Assembly (NCBI GenBank): GCA_030324005.1
Contig: JARDVH010000124.1
Span: 37,007,451 to 37,071,450, forward strand
Direction of reading: 5' to 3'
Origin: Negaprion brevirostris
Taxonomy: Eukaryota
Length of the DNA stretch: 64,000 nt
Shown piece after piece: positions 34,788-47,569 of the stretch. The notes under the pieces are model-generated. The model ran no database searches. It saw nothing but the letters and a program-made list of their open reading frames with translations, and was not told where the DNA came from. The translations under genes were made by a program, and so were the position numbers. The stretch's first letter is position 1. Each line of letters opens with the position of its first letter.

Positions 34788-35887
34788 GTGACAGACCTCT
34801 ACCAGCTGCATTTGAACTACCCCTGCGCAGTATCAGAAAACCTTGGAACCTGCTCTTTCCAATGTTTTTCTGTAGTTACATCCTTTTCCACATCAGAACG
34901 AGTTCCACAATGATGTACAGAGCTTGCTCCAGCTGGAATGCATCTTCCCGATAAGTAGCGGAGGCTAACTTTAACTGGTGCACTCTTCTCTTGACGTTGG
35001 GCTCCCCTGATGAGGGCATGCGGCCACACTCGACACTTGGGATGGCATCGACTGTATAGTGCAATCATGTTATTTCACAGGCAGCGTAAGTTTGGCGTGC
35101 AGCCTACACTACAAGCAACGGAGGTGGCTTTATCCCACATTGAGATCCCCACACCAATTTATGAGTATTATTGAATTTAGGCTGCCTGGTCTTAATGATT
35201 TCTGGCAGATTGTATTAGTTTTGCAGCCAACTGCATCTGGGGAATGCAGTGGCTATAATGTGATGTGAAGTCACCTCAGATCTTTTCACCAGCTTACAGA
35301 CACGGGTATTAACAGCACAAACGTTGAGATCCACCTTCTAGAATTTGAATCAAAGGCGAATGTTAGTGGCTGAGATAAGCTGTATTTAATCACAGGAAGC
35401 AAATTATATTATTATTATCAGCAAAGCTTTAAAGGGGCACATGGATTCTTCACAATCTGCATCTTATTCGTACAGATATTATTAGTGCTTAGATTTAAAG
35501 CAGACACAACAGAGAAGTTGAGATGTTTTCAACCAATAAACTTTTATTGTCAGATGGTTCCTTCGAACCATTTCCAAAATGCTGGTCACATTTTCCCCTT
35601 CTTCCAAACATCATTTAATGTTTGCATCTGCAGAGCCTCTGGTGAATGCTGCTGATGAGTTTGACAAATGTAAGCAGCATCACCTCTTGATCTGACTCGC
35701 AGCAGGTTTGGGCTTTGGGTCCTGAAGAGTAATAGCTGCTGTTCCGCTGACTGTGCTTATCCAGAGTGTGGCAATGTGGAATTAGCAATTCAAGAAGACT
35801 GGGAAAGTTTGCAAAATCCTGCCGCCAACCACAATGAACATTTCTACACTTTGGATTAACCATGTGACTCTCTGCCAAACCTTGCTT

Positions 35888-35963
35888 CAGTAAAAAGTCT
35901 GACAACACCAGGTTTTAGTCCAACCGATTTATTTGATAGTAAACTCACAAGCTTTCGAGGGGA
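35888..35963 (-). mobile_element. Second copy of the Penelope repeat seen at 33158, running into an N gap
   Basis: cagtaaaaagtctgacaacaccagg...aactcacaagctttcgagggga, including the reverse complement of the 3' half of the hammerhead. Confidence 0.8.
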
Positions 35964-36168
35964 NNNNNNNNNNNNNNNNNNNNNNNNNNNNNNNNNNNNN
36001 NNNNNNNNNNNNNNNNNNNNNNNNNNNNNNNNNNNNNNNNNNNNNNNNNNNNNNNNNNNNNNNNNNNNNNNNNNNNNNNNNNNNNNNNNNNNNNNNNNNN
36101 NNNNNNNNNNNNNNNNNNNNNNNNNNNNNNNNNNNNNNNNNNNNNNNNNNNNNNNNNNNNNNNNNNNN

Positions 36169-36265
36169 ATTCTCCTGCCTTTTCCTCATAACCCCTGACC
36201 CTCCTTATTAATCAAGAACCTATCTATCTCAGCTTAAAGACACTCAATGACCTGGCTTCCACAGT
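36169..36265 (-). mobile_element. CR1 fragment
   Basis: attctcctgccttttcctcataacccctga...atcaagaacctatctatctc, the reverse complement of the region at 23600-23685. Confidence 0.75.
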
Positions 36266-36749
36266 CTTGGCTGTGGCTAGATCTGAAAGGCACTCTCATG
36301 TTGCCATCAGTAATTTCAACAAAACACAATGGCAAAAGTATTTTTGACCTTATGTGTGTAAAATGAATAAATCATTATCATCATCTACTTTGGTTGCTAT
36401 CATAGATTAAATGAGTTTAAGGTTAGTCACTGACGATTCAGCAAAACAGCAACAATTTGCATTGTTGTAACCCTTTGATGTCATAAAATATCCTAAGCTG
36501 CTTCAAAGGTGTTACCAACCAAATTTTGGTACTGGGTCATGCAAGGTATTAAAATAGCACAAACTGGGTTAGGTGTAATGAGAGGAAAGAGACAGCAAGG
36601 CTAAGGGAACGAATTCCAGTGCTTGGAACCTAGGCAGCAGAAGCGATTGTTGTAGGATGGGATTTGACGATGTGATAGAGATTATAAAGAAGGAAACTGG
36701 AGACCTCAAAGGATTGTAGGGCTTGGCTAATTTGTTGAGGTAGGAATGT

Positions 36750-37782
36750 GGACAGCACAATGGCACAGTAGTTAACACTGCTGCCTCACAGCTCCAGGTA
36801 CCTGGATTTGATTCCTGGCTCTTAGGTCACTGTGTGGGGTTTGCATGTTCTCCCTGTGTTTGCATGGATTTCCTCCAGGTACTTTGATTTCTTCCCACAG
36901 TGCAAAGATGTGCAGGTTAGTTGTATTGGCCATACTAAATTGCCCCTTGGTGTCCTGGGATGCGTTGGTTCAAGGGATTGGTGGGATAAATATGAGGGGT
37001 TGCGGGGATGGGGCCTGGGTGGGATTGTTGTTGGTGCAGACTTGATGGCTGAATGTAGTGGCAGATTAACCATTAAGCTGAATAGGTTTAATCCTAGAGG
37101 TCCAGAAGGGAGGGGGGCCCGAGAGCTTGGGTCACTGCCTGTCACAGACAGAAGTACATTCAAGGATAGTCCAATAATGATATCACTGTCACTGGGATGT
37201 ATTGGGCTTTGGCAAGAGATCAACTGCACAAGGTACATCCAAATACATACATTTGCTTTAGAATTTATCTGTCCTTAATGATCACGAACTGTTCAGGTGA
37301 GCNNNNNNNNNNCCATAATACATTTTTTAGTGCACACTTAGTTACATACAGTGCATTTTTCAAAATCTATTTGTGCTCAATGACGAGCAATGAGAAACTT
37401 AGTCATCTGGCACTCATGCACATTGAATCAGACATGCTTCGATCTGTTGATTTACGTGCTGTTATCGACACTTTTGTAAACCAAAAAACACAGAAGCTTT
37501 TTAAAGTACAAATGTAAGGAAAATGAAAAATAAATGAACAAAAGGGCTGTAATTCATTCCTATAACTTTATGATATTATACATGTGGTACATTATACATC
37601 GTACAACGATATAAGCTATCTAACATCACTTAACATCATTTTATTCTATTCAACGAAGGGTGGGGCAGGGGGCAAGGTCAGGGGGGCCTTACTAAAGCTC
37701 AGCCTAGGGGTCCGGGTGGTACTTAATCTGCCACTGGCCAAATGGCCTCTCCTTCTGCCCTGTAGGGTTCTATGATTCTATG
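36750..37782 (+). mobile_element. V-SINE, tail A, split by a hAT insertion (36750-37055 and 37737-37782)
   Basis: Head and V-domain intact; the tail stops at gatggctgaatg and resumes as gccaaatggcctctccttctgccctgtagggttctatgattctat. Confidence 0.9.
37056..37736 (+). mobile_element. Internally deleted hAT DNA transposon (Tip100/ZMYM1-like)
   Basis: Terminal inverted repeats tagtggcagattaa / ttaatctgccactg; 8-bp flanks gctgaatg / gccaaatg; hAT dimerisation-domain relic ITNCSGE...KIYLCSMTSNEKLSHLALMHIESDMLRSVDLRAVIDTF. Confidence 0.85.
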
Positions 37783-38692
37783 AATGGACAAGGCCATGGA
37801 GAAATTTGAACACAAGGGTGAGAATTGTAAATTTGATGCTGAAACAATGTAGGAGACGTGGGAAGAACGAGTCTGGATACATGTTGGGATATGGGTAGCA
37901 GAAGTTTGGATTGAGCTCAAGTTTAAGGAGGGTGGAAAATAGGCAGGCCAGGGATTAATTGAATCCGGAAGCAACAAAGATATAAGGATTTCAGGATTAG
38001 GCTGGGAAGTGAATGAAGATGATCATTATTACAGTATATAAGCAGCTAGTCTTGTTGGGGAAGAGAATGTGGGGTCAAAAACTCATACCAAGGCCAGGTC
38101 GGATGCCTTGTTCACAAAGAGTCTAGTTTNNNNNCAGAGAGTGGAAGGGAATGGGATCAGGAGAGAGGAATTGTAAGTTTGTTGTGAGCACTGAAGAAAA
38201 TGGCTTTGATCTTACTAATACTTAGAGAAAGTTTCTGCTCATCCCGCATTGAAGAGCAGACACAATTCCAACCTGACCACACACCACTTTTCTAATGGGG
38301 GGCCACAAAAATATCATGCGGCACGGTTGTTAACACTGCTGCCTCACAGGCTGAATGGCCTCCTCCTGCTCTGTAGAGATTCTAGGATAAGTGTAATCTG
38401 ATTTTTTTTTTGGTAAATGACGTGTATAGCCTTTGATTTAAACAGTTGTTGCCTTCAGCACAGGCAGAGTGTGGGCAGGACAGAAACGACCATAGAAATC
38501 TCAACTTGAGAATGGAACGAGTTAATTCCTAAGCTTCCTTGAAATAATGTCACATTGTCTACCTCCTAAAACTGACAGGGTCAGTGGTGCGAGTGGACAA
38601 TTGGGTCAGAGCTGCAAGGTACAAAACAGTGCCCCAGGCACATTTGAATATAGTTGGCGCTGGGTAAGGGACTTGGCAGCCAAGGTCAGTGT

Positions 38693-38928
38693 TACTAACC
38701 CCCCTAACCTACACATCCTGGGACACTAAGGAAGAATTTAGCATGGCCAATCCACCTAACCCGTACATCTTTGGATTATGGGTGGAAATTGGTGCAACGG
38801 GAGGAAACCCACGTAGACGTGGGGAGAACATGCAAATTCCACACAGACAGTAGTCACCCAAGGTCAGAATTGAACCTGAGTCCCTGGCGTTGTGAGGCAG
38901 CAGTGCTATCCACTCTGCCAGCATGCTA
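38693..38928 (-). mobile_element. V-SINE
   Basis: tttagcatggccaatccacctaacc...ggaaacccacgtagacgtgggg...gtgaggcagcagtgct. Confidence 0.85.
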
Positions 38929-40254
38929 TCCTGGTATGATGTTGCCTCATGCAGGGCGTGGCTTCAGGCCAGTAAGTGTACCCAGGCTGAGGTTAATTCT
39001 TTCCAAGCATCAGTCTCACTGGGGTTAAAATCGGGGCCGTAGACCATCTGAATTTAAATATGTCCGTGAGGAGAGAGTGCACTTGGCCCATATTTACATC
39101 CAGAGACATAAATTTGAAAAAAAAACAGCTGATCAGTGAAGTGCCTTGAGCGAAGTGCATGGGTCCACATTTGATAAAGCAGTGGAAATGTTTAAACAAT
39201 ATGGTCATGTTACAAAGTAGAGAGACCTTTGGTTTCTGCCTCAGAATGGGAAGGTTGGAGAACTGGTCATCCTTGCAGGTGCTTCAAGTGACTGCGTTTG
39301 TACAGATAATTAATGTGTACAAGTAGCTGCTAATTTTGCATTTCAGGAATGATTTATGAGGTGGCATGGGATAGAGGGACATAATCTAATTTAGATCAGA
39401 ACCTCTGCCACCCATACAATGGTATCAGCACAGCTGTGAGATGAGAGATGATTAATGGGCAGTAGCGTAAACACACTGTAGTCATAAAAGGTGTTATTTT
39501 GATGACATACTTGTCAGAATAGGAAATGGCACTTACAAAGAATGATGGTCAGTAGCATAACAGATTATTATGAGCATTCAGTCACTTACTCACTCACAAT
39601 CCAGGTTAAGAACAAATATTGATGGAAAGATAATGCTGTTTGTAACAATTTGAATGGCTGTTTGTTTAAAACCAGCTAATAGCTCTGTGATCTAACCTTG
39701 GGTTTCAGTAAAAGTTAAGGAGATACATTTCTCCCTCTTTAAATGGGAGAATGATGCACAAGAGCCCTATTATGTACATAAAATGAATGTCATTACCCCT
39801 ATTTATAGTTTCAGACATGAGATTATATTCAGTTCAGGTCATCANNNNNNNNNNAAACCAAACCGAATGTTACCCTGCAACTCCCCCAAGGTTTATAATG
39901 AGAAGCGCCCCTCCCCCAGACACTTTGTGCTCTACGAGCTCTTAAATTGAATTAAAGCCTGATGCAGGTGCGGATTAATTTACAACTTAAAGCTGCAAGA
40001 TATTTTGCCCGTCTCTGTACACTGACTGTGAGCAAGAACTGTTTGTACTTTGGGACGTTCGGGGATAATATTGCTCAGTCGCCTGAGTTAATTTTTGTTG
40101 TATCCATTTTGAATCAGTTGCTTATGATGGCATTAGTACTGGTGAAGAACTGACAAGTGGGAAAAGGGTCGACTCCTGTGAGTGTACAACTTCCAAGGCA
40201 AGATCACAAAAGAAAGTGAGAAAGTAGTCCCCTTACCTCAGAATATTATAACCA

Positions 40255-40732
40255 CAGAAGGAGTGCAACAAAGGTCCACCAGACTTGTACTCAGGATGGT
40301 GGGACTGTCTTATGAAGAGGGATTGGGCAAACTGGACCTGTATTCTCTAGAGTTGCGAAGAATGAGAGGTGATCAAATTGAAATCTTCAAAATACTTGAA
40401 GGAATAGACAGGGTAGACAATGTTAAGATGTTTCCCTTGGTTGGGGAGTCTAGAACCGTGGGGCACAATTTCAAAATAAGGGGGATGCCATGAGATGAGA
40501 AATTTCTTTACACAGAGGACTGGGAATCTTTGGAATTCTCTACCCCAGAGAGCTGTGAAAGCTCAGTCATTGTGTTTGTTTGTGGTAGAGATTGATAGAT
40601 TTTTGATTAACAATAATCCAAAGGTTTATAGGGATCGTGGGTAAAAGGCATTTAAGAGTCCAATCGGCCACAATTGTATTGAATGGCAGGGCAGGCTTGA
40701 CGGGCTGAATGGCCTATTCTTGTTCCTATGTA
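40255..40732 (+). mobile_element. CR1 LINE 3' end
   Basis: EGVQQRSTRLVLRMVGLSYEEGLGKLDLYSLELRRMRGDQIEIFKIL...SRTVGHNFKIRG, with 3' UTR gggctgaatggcctattcttgttcctatg. Confidence 0.9.
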
Positions 40733-40944
40733 AATAAAAATTTGTAAAGAAAAGGAATTTTTCTTTTCAATTATGATGAGATGAAGTGTGCTAAATTACC
40801 AGTAAAATATTGGCTAATAAGTTCCTCTACTGTCTCAGCAATTTGCTCGGTGAATGGAGAAATCCGAGACATCAGGAGGACTCAGCTTTGATCCTTGTCT
40901 GAACTATTAGCTGGCTTCAGCCAACAATATCATGGGATCACTGC

Positions 40945-41276
40945 AACACATAATGAGGCTATTTGGCCCACTGAGTCTGCACTGACCCTCCAACAGAGTA
41001 CCTGACCCCCAGACCCTTTCCCCATAACCCCACACATTTATCCCAAAAATCCCTCTAACTTACACATCCTGGGACACCATGGGAGAGTTTAGCATGGCCA
41101 ATCCACCTGACCTGCACTTCTTTGGAGTGTGGGAGGGCACCAGAGCACCTGGAGGGAGCCCACATAGACACGGGGAGAATGTGCAAACTCCGCAACAGAC
41201 TGCCGAGACTGGAATCAAACCCAGNNNNNNNNNNNNNNNNNNNNNNNNNNNNNNNNNNNNNNNAGCTGTGCCACCC
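40945..41276 (-). mobile_element. V-SINE, tail A
   Basis: ggctatttggcccactgagtctgcac...tttagcatggccaatccacctgacc...gctgtgccacc. Confidence 0.85.
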
Positions 41277-41602
41277 TATATATTAGACACATTACAATTG
41301 TTCTCTCTATTTGTCGGTTGCTAAAGAGAAATTAGACAGGGTTCTTCCCGATTGCTGTCCCCTTTACACAGATATTAGAAGGAGACAGGACTGGACTTTG
41401 CTGTGATGTCCTTAATGTTCCAAAAGCCTGGTGACACTTACCGGGTAATCCATGTTGCTGGAACCTATTAGAAGCCAAGATAACATGGCATGGGAGATAC
41501 CTGGTCAGAACAGAAATGCTTAAACAAGGCTGGTCAGTAGACCAGTGAAATACTTAGTTTATAATGTTAAAATAACATTTTTGTTAATTGATTTCTTTTC
41601 AG

Positions 41603-41676
41603 CTTTTAGAATTTGACAGGGAGCTGTCGGGATTTAAAGACAAGTTGAGTGAACAAGAGATATCTTTTCCACCAAG
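41603..41676 (+). CDS. INPP5A: INPP5A internal coding exon, 74 nt, phase 0/2
   Basis: Acceptor tttcttttcag| and donor |gtacaa. Translates LLEFDRELSGFKDKLSEQEISFPP plus a split codon AG (human LLEFDKELSVFKDRLYELDISFPPS), colinear with the two upstream exons. Confidence 0.95.
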
Positions 41677-43609
41677 GTACAAAATTTATATTTCACTGTT
41701 TTCCTGCAAACATTTCACCGAAAGCAAAGCCAAATATTGTATCTCGGAACTAATTGGGGGGAATAAAACTCTAACATTTTAAAGTGTTTAGTTTTCTTTT
41801 CACATTTTCCAATGTGGTGATGTGAAAGGTGAGACTGCGCTTATCAGCATCCTTTGCAAATGATTTGTTGGATCAGCGATGATTAACAGGGCCACTGCCT
41901 CTTTTAGAAAATGGGGAAAAAAAGGGCTTTAGTTTACATTCAGGTTATGACTTGACCTTTGACTGTGCATGCCATTTAAAGCCCTGTGCTTTATTGAAGC
42001 TTGGTGTTTACCTTCTCCTCATGTCGTGGGATCTCACAAATATTTCCTTGAATGTATTTCAGTAGCTATTACTTTTAGCGCTACGTTGGGATATGTTTTA
42101 GTAAATGATGTTTTCCTCTCATCCCAAGTTGCAAATATCCCAATGATAATTCAGGTTCTGCCTTGTGATCCAATATTTTCAAGTTCAGTTGTATAGTGTC
42201 CATAAAGTAACTGATTTTCTTTGTCCATCTATTATCTTGACATACCTCTGAAGAACTTGCACGTCAGGCAACCAGATCATTGAACTTAACCAATAAAGCA
42301 AATTCGAAATGCAAAGCCACTTTTAAAATGCAAAATCACCATTTTGAATATGTTAGGAATTCCCATGAGTCTAAATTGCCGATCCAACTTGTGTAGAATT
42401 TTATAAACCAGTTAGACTTTGCTCTTGCACTTTGCTATTATTCCAAACCAGTAGATTCATTTGTAAGATCATTTCTTAGGCAAGCAATGGGACTGCTAGC
42501 ATGATTCTTTGATTGCCTCACCAAGTGACATTGTCACCAATTCTTGAAGGATACAGTTTTAGCAATAAAACTAAATTAAAAATTGAAAACTGCATTAAAA
42601 AGAAGAGAATACAAGAACAGCTATTCAGCCCATCAAGCCCAATCTCTTATGTCGATGCTTGATTTTGTGCGATGGTTAAACACCAGCTCTTGATTCGCTA
42701 CATCAAGAGAACTGATTTCTTTCCTGAGCTTCCTCTGAAAATAGGTATTGGAAATCTGTATAATCCCTAATTTGCCTTCTGAATAGATAGTTATTCCAAA
42801 TCTTTTAACAGTACCACTGGCCTCAAATCAATGGCCTTCAACTCATTTCACATTTGTGGGGAAGAGGTTTCTCTAATCGCCAACCTTCTGAATTTTGCAT
42901 ACATTTTCTCTAATCCTGTACTGCTATCCAAGCTTGAATAGCTTACTTACTTTTACCTCGGGTATGTGAGCCTTCCTCACAAGTCTGGCTTGCAGGAATC
43001 TGAGAGACACTTTTCTTTTAAAATTTACTCTCTGTTTTATGATCAGGAAGGCCAAAGATTGGGATCTAAAGTGGCTGATTTTTTGGGGCATATTTGTAAG
43101 GGGTTATTTTGCTCATATCTTAGTGACTGTCAGCAATATGCAGAACAGATAAATCATGGCTTCAATTAGTGTGGCAGATCTTATGCTCTCTCATAATCTC
43201 TGACATCATCAAACGTCTCCACCAATATTAATTAAGTCATTCATGAAGTATTTACGGGTTATTTATAAGATTACTACTTTGTAATTGCACATACCTCGGT
43301 TGCTAAAGTGTTTTTTTGCTGAGTTAAATGCTGGTGCACAAATCAGTTGTTTCCAAACTTGGATGGCCAAGTAGGGCTTCCTCCTGACATTAAGTATGAC
43401 CAGGAAAATGCGTAGAGAAGGGCAAGAAGTATTCGCAGCAGAAGGCCATATACACACAGGATCTTTAGGGAGTTATTCTTGTACAGTGGCAACCAATGTT
43501 TTCGATAACAGTACTTCGCTGAAAAATCCTTCAATTGATATAGCCAGAACTCCAATCTCAGAGCAGAGTTAAGACAGTACTGTCAGTCATTAGCTGCCAA
43601 GGTGACTTT

Positions 43610-43714
43610 GGGCAGGATTTTTTTGGTCTTGCTGCAGTGAATGGAGATTTGGCTAAGCACCAAATTCTCCGTCTTCTCTGGTGGCGGGGCATGAAAGGCC
43701 GGAGAATTTGGCCA
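43610..43714. mobile_element. Short MITE-like repeat, related copy near 53527-53640
   Basis: gggcaggatttt...gaatggagatttggct...ggagaatttggcc; the core gaatggagatttggct recurs at about 53559. Confidence 0.5.
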
Positions 43715-45037
43715 AATTGACGCTGAACTTTTATGCATTTGCTTCCTTGCAGGCTCCTGCTGGAGATGTAAGCCACATCTCTGTGGTTTCCAGTGCACCA
43801 AGCATCTGGGTGTGATCATCCCATCAACCTTCTTCTGTCACCTAGCCCATCAAGTGCTCAACAGAGGAATGAGTGTGCCACCTCGTCCTCAGATAAGCTG
43901 GCACATGTGGTAATCCTTTCCTCCAGCCCTGCCCCCAGCATCCTTGAACCTAGTGTTCAACAAATGCAGATCCCACGCCTACCCTGTCCTCTAAGTTACA
44001 GTGTGTCAGTACCTGAGCTAGCGAAATGGGGGTAATAATGCTCCTTCATTTTTATTTTCTTTTCCTCTTCCTCCATTGCACAGACAGATTCTAGTTCTTG
44101 ATTTAGTCTGAAATGAGAAAAGGTTTGCATGCTTACACCATCGACAGCTTGATATCAGAAGAGATTGAGAGATGAAGGGGAAGTACAAGGGTGAACGGAA
44201 AGATTTAGTGAAAGGGGGATAGATCTAAGACTGCTGCATTAGAGTAAAGAGCACATGATAGTCAAATGTTCCATCTCAAGGAACCAAGATCAGTAGAATT
44301 CACCAGTAAAGTTGTTCACTTGTTAGAAGAACAGACAGTCTCTAGAAGATAACAACCAAATTTTTGGGTGAAATATTTATTAATACAAGATTGCAATTAA
44401 ACAATTGTACTTACTAACAGTGTAAGCGATCTGTATCTTTGACTTGGTGAAGAGATCTGTATTAGAATGCTGTCCCTGTGAGAGCTGTTCTAGAGATGAT
44501 AGCTGTATTAGAGGAGAGTGCTGCTTCAGAGATTTCTCTGGAGTAGTTCCTTCCATGCTTGTATTGCAAATAAACTATTGTAACCTGTGCCTGAGTCTCC
44601 TGTGGTTAGAAGAAATCTACCACAATACGAAGTGAGACGGTGGACTAAGGATGAAGATCTGCTGAACTTCCATTGTGTGAACCCGATTGATGACTCTGGC
44701 TTTCCCCATAATGGACAAACATGGAAATCTCACCTATTCCCATTAAATTCCCACTGCCCCTGGTCGTGCACCACTTTCTCGAGTACCATTGAGTGTCATG
44801 CATTCTGTTTGAGTGATGAAATTATCCAGGCTTGGGGAAAGGATTTAGCACAGGTACAAACTTTGAGAAGAGGGATGAGGCTTGTCACAGTGCTAAATAT
44901 GAGAGGATGAAGTGAACCATATGAATGCTCGGTATCAATTCTGATTGAGAGATTGTGGTAGGTGATTGGTTAGGTGCAACGAAATGAGCAGTGATTAAGA
45001 CTCATGGTGCAGTTCATAGAATACAACATTCACTGAC

Positions 45038-45270
45038 CTTGACAACTTGTGTGAGATGATCAAACTTCTTCCTGCACTAAATCTAGGTCCCAGGGGCTAA
45101 GCTCCTTGCGTTAACCTCTTCTACTATCATTATCACTGCTTTGTGAGCATGAATCTGGAGGGCCACTGCTCCTTCCTAAGACTGCAAGGTGTTTTTCTTT
45201 CTTTCCACTTTTCTCACCAGTACCTGCAATGCAGCATCTGAAAGCATTGGTGTCCGCACTCACGCATGAT
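45038..45270 (-). mobile_element. Harbinger Myb/SANT-like gene relic (one exon, ending at donor gtcagt)
   Basis: VRTPMLSDAALQVLVRKVERKKNTL...EVNARSLAPGT*I*CRKKFDHLTQVVK; contains stops. Confidence 0.7.
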
Positions 45271-45877
45271 CAGTCACTCTGGCCTCTTCCACGATACAAT
45301 ATTCAAAGTAACCAGAGCGTCAGCAGCAATCAGGAAACCTCTCTTTAAAAAGGTGCATTCTAGCTTTAAACATTACTAAGCACCAGTGACATTTTGTCTC
45401 CTACTGACATACGTAGCTCGTGAAATCCGTGGGAAGAGCTGGCTGCACACAAAATTCATGGCGGTGTGCATTTGAACTTGAGACCCTGTCCGCGTTACAA
45501 TCAAGGGTGCAGGTTAATTGTGCTTTGCAAACATTGCGCCCTCAAACCCCCTGAGGATTTTTGTTGGGGCTTAAACAAAATTCATTTGCACGGCTGTTAT
45601 TCAGTAACTTCTATCTGACCTGATTAAATATACTTAACTAACTAGTTGTGTTTCGGGAAGCATGACGTGCTCATGTGCTGTTTCCTACTAAGTTTGTTTA
45701 TTGGTAAACAGCATGTGACCGTGTTGTTTACTGTACATATGAAATGTGTAAGATGAAAATGTCATTTTGTTACATTGCCATCAATTTAGTTTTTAATTAT
45801 TGTGAGGATGTAAAATTAATCTTTATTCTCAACAAATTTGGCATCCTATTTCTGCACAGGAAGTGGAGAACTCCATT

Positions 45878-46212
45878 TTTTTATATAGTGCCTTTCACAT
45901 CGATAGGGCATCCTAGAGTGCTCTGTAATCAATGAGTTACTTTTAATATTGTCACTGTGTAAACAAATACAGGAACCAGGGTAAGGTCGAGTGACAGCAA
46001 TGAGAGAAATGGCATTTAATTTACATTTGGTGGTATTAACTGAGGCACAGAAGTTAGAACTCCACTGCACCTCTTTAAATAATGCTGTGGACTTTACGTT
46101 AACCTGACAAAGCAGATTGGACCACAGTTTAACATCTCATCAGGAGATAGGAGCTATTCAATTCTACCTTTATGCTGCACTAAATGGCCTGGCAGAATTC
46201 AAGTCCTTGGGT
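45878..46212 (-). mobile_element. Old Deu-SINE
   Basis: tttatatagtgcctttcaca...caatgagttacttt...gtcactgt...cagtttaacatctcatc...gctgcact. Confidence 0.65.
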
Positions 46213-47179
46213 GGAAAATTGAACACAGTGGCCAAAAAATGAGCCGATGCTGCATCTTAAAGCATAAATTGTGTGCAATATGGTGGACACTCTGTGTACA
46301 CATTGCATGCTGAGTGTACCCCGCCCACCAAAGGTGGAAAAATAGGTTGACAAGTGCATAATAGGTTGAGAACCTGGGAGATGCACTCCTGCTCATCCTG
46401 GTTCCACTGAAATGCCAGAAACTGTTGCCAATTCCTTCTGGATTATGTCCTATCCTTCCTGATTGTCCCAACCTCCCTCCCCACAACTTCTCCACCTAGC
46501 TTTACAAGTGCCCTCTTCCCTCCTTTCCCAATCTCACCTCACTCTGCCTTCCAATTGTCCCCTCCCACCAGTTCACCCTCTCCCCTGGCCCACTTCCCTA
46601 TCAATCATATCACATTCTCTCCCCTCCCCCAAACCCCGGTGGCTCACTGCCAATGATACAAAGATTTAAACATCCAATGCTGAATTGTCATCAGGTACCT
46701 GATGATCGTCATTTAAATGAGATCCAAGGTTCATTACCAGGTTTACCTCAGGTCACTCACTGCAGTCCACTGCTGTGAGGCAGCAGTGCTAACCACTGTA
46801 CCACCAGGCTTCCCTGTTTGAGGCAGCGCTGTTTGAGCCCAGTCTCATTCTAAATTGGGATGAGAAACAAATCGAATGTACTTGAAGAACTGCAGCATTT
46901 GAATGGTTAAGCGTATGTTTACCAGGGTTTAAGATTGCTGTCAGACAAAGCACAAAATATTGACTGTCATATGATATGTAGCTTCAAATTAATTCGTATC
47001 TATTAATAAATTAGCCAATTGAATTACAAGTATAAAAGATAAACCAATGTATTCATTATATTTTCATGACCATTTTACACAACAGGCCCTGAATTTGATT
47101 TCAGTATCTGCCCTAGGTTTATGTGTGCTGCTAGCAGTAAGATACACTGCTGCACTCTGTTCTGTTGTATTCTAGAATA

Positions 47180-47487
47180 CAACACTGTGGTACAGTGATT
47201 AGCATCGCTGCCTCACAGTGCCAGGGACTCGAGTTTGATTCCAGCCTTGGGTAACTGTCTGTGTGGAGTTTGCCATTCTCCCCGTGTCTGTGTGGGTTTC
47301 CTCTGGGTACTCCAATTTCCTCCCACAATCCAAAGATGTGTAGTTTAGATGGATTGGCCATGCTAGATGTGTGGGGTTACAGGTATAGGGCAGGTGAGAA
47401 AGCCTGGGTAAGATGTTCTATCAGAGAATCGGTGCAGATTCAATGGGCTGAGTGGCCACCATCTGCACTGTAAGGTTTCTGTGAATT
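47180..47487 (+). mobile_element. V-SINE, tail A
   Basis: gtggtacagtgattagcatcgctgcctcacag head, V-domain, tail ggtgcagattcaatgggctgagtggcc. Confidence 0.85.
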
Positions 47488-47569
47488 CCGTCTACGTACA
47501 GATACACACGCAAAACTTTCTTTGGGACATTAACTAAATTTGAAAGCTATTGAACAGCTAATTATTCTT

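Larger units (their letters stand above)
36445..38260 (-). mobile_element. L2 LINE relic hosting a V-SINE that itself hosts a hAT element
   Basis: L2 tail aacaatttgcatt...cttcaaagg at 36445 and gaattccagtgcttgg (WNS); resumes at about 37783 with aggccatggagaaatttgaacacaagg. Confidence 0.65.
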
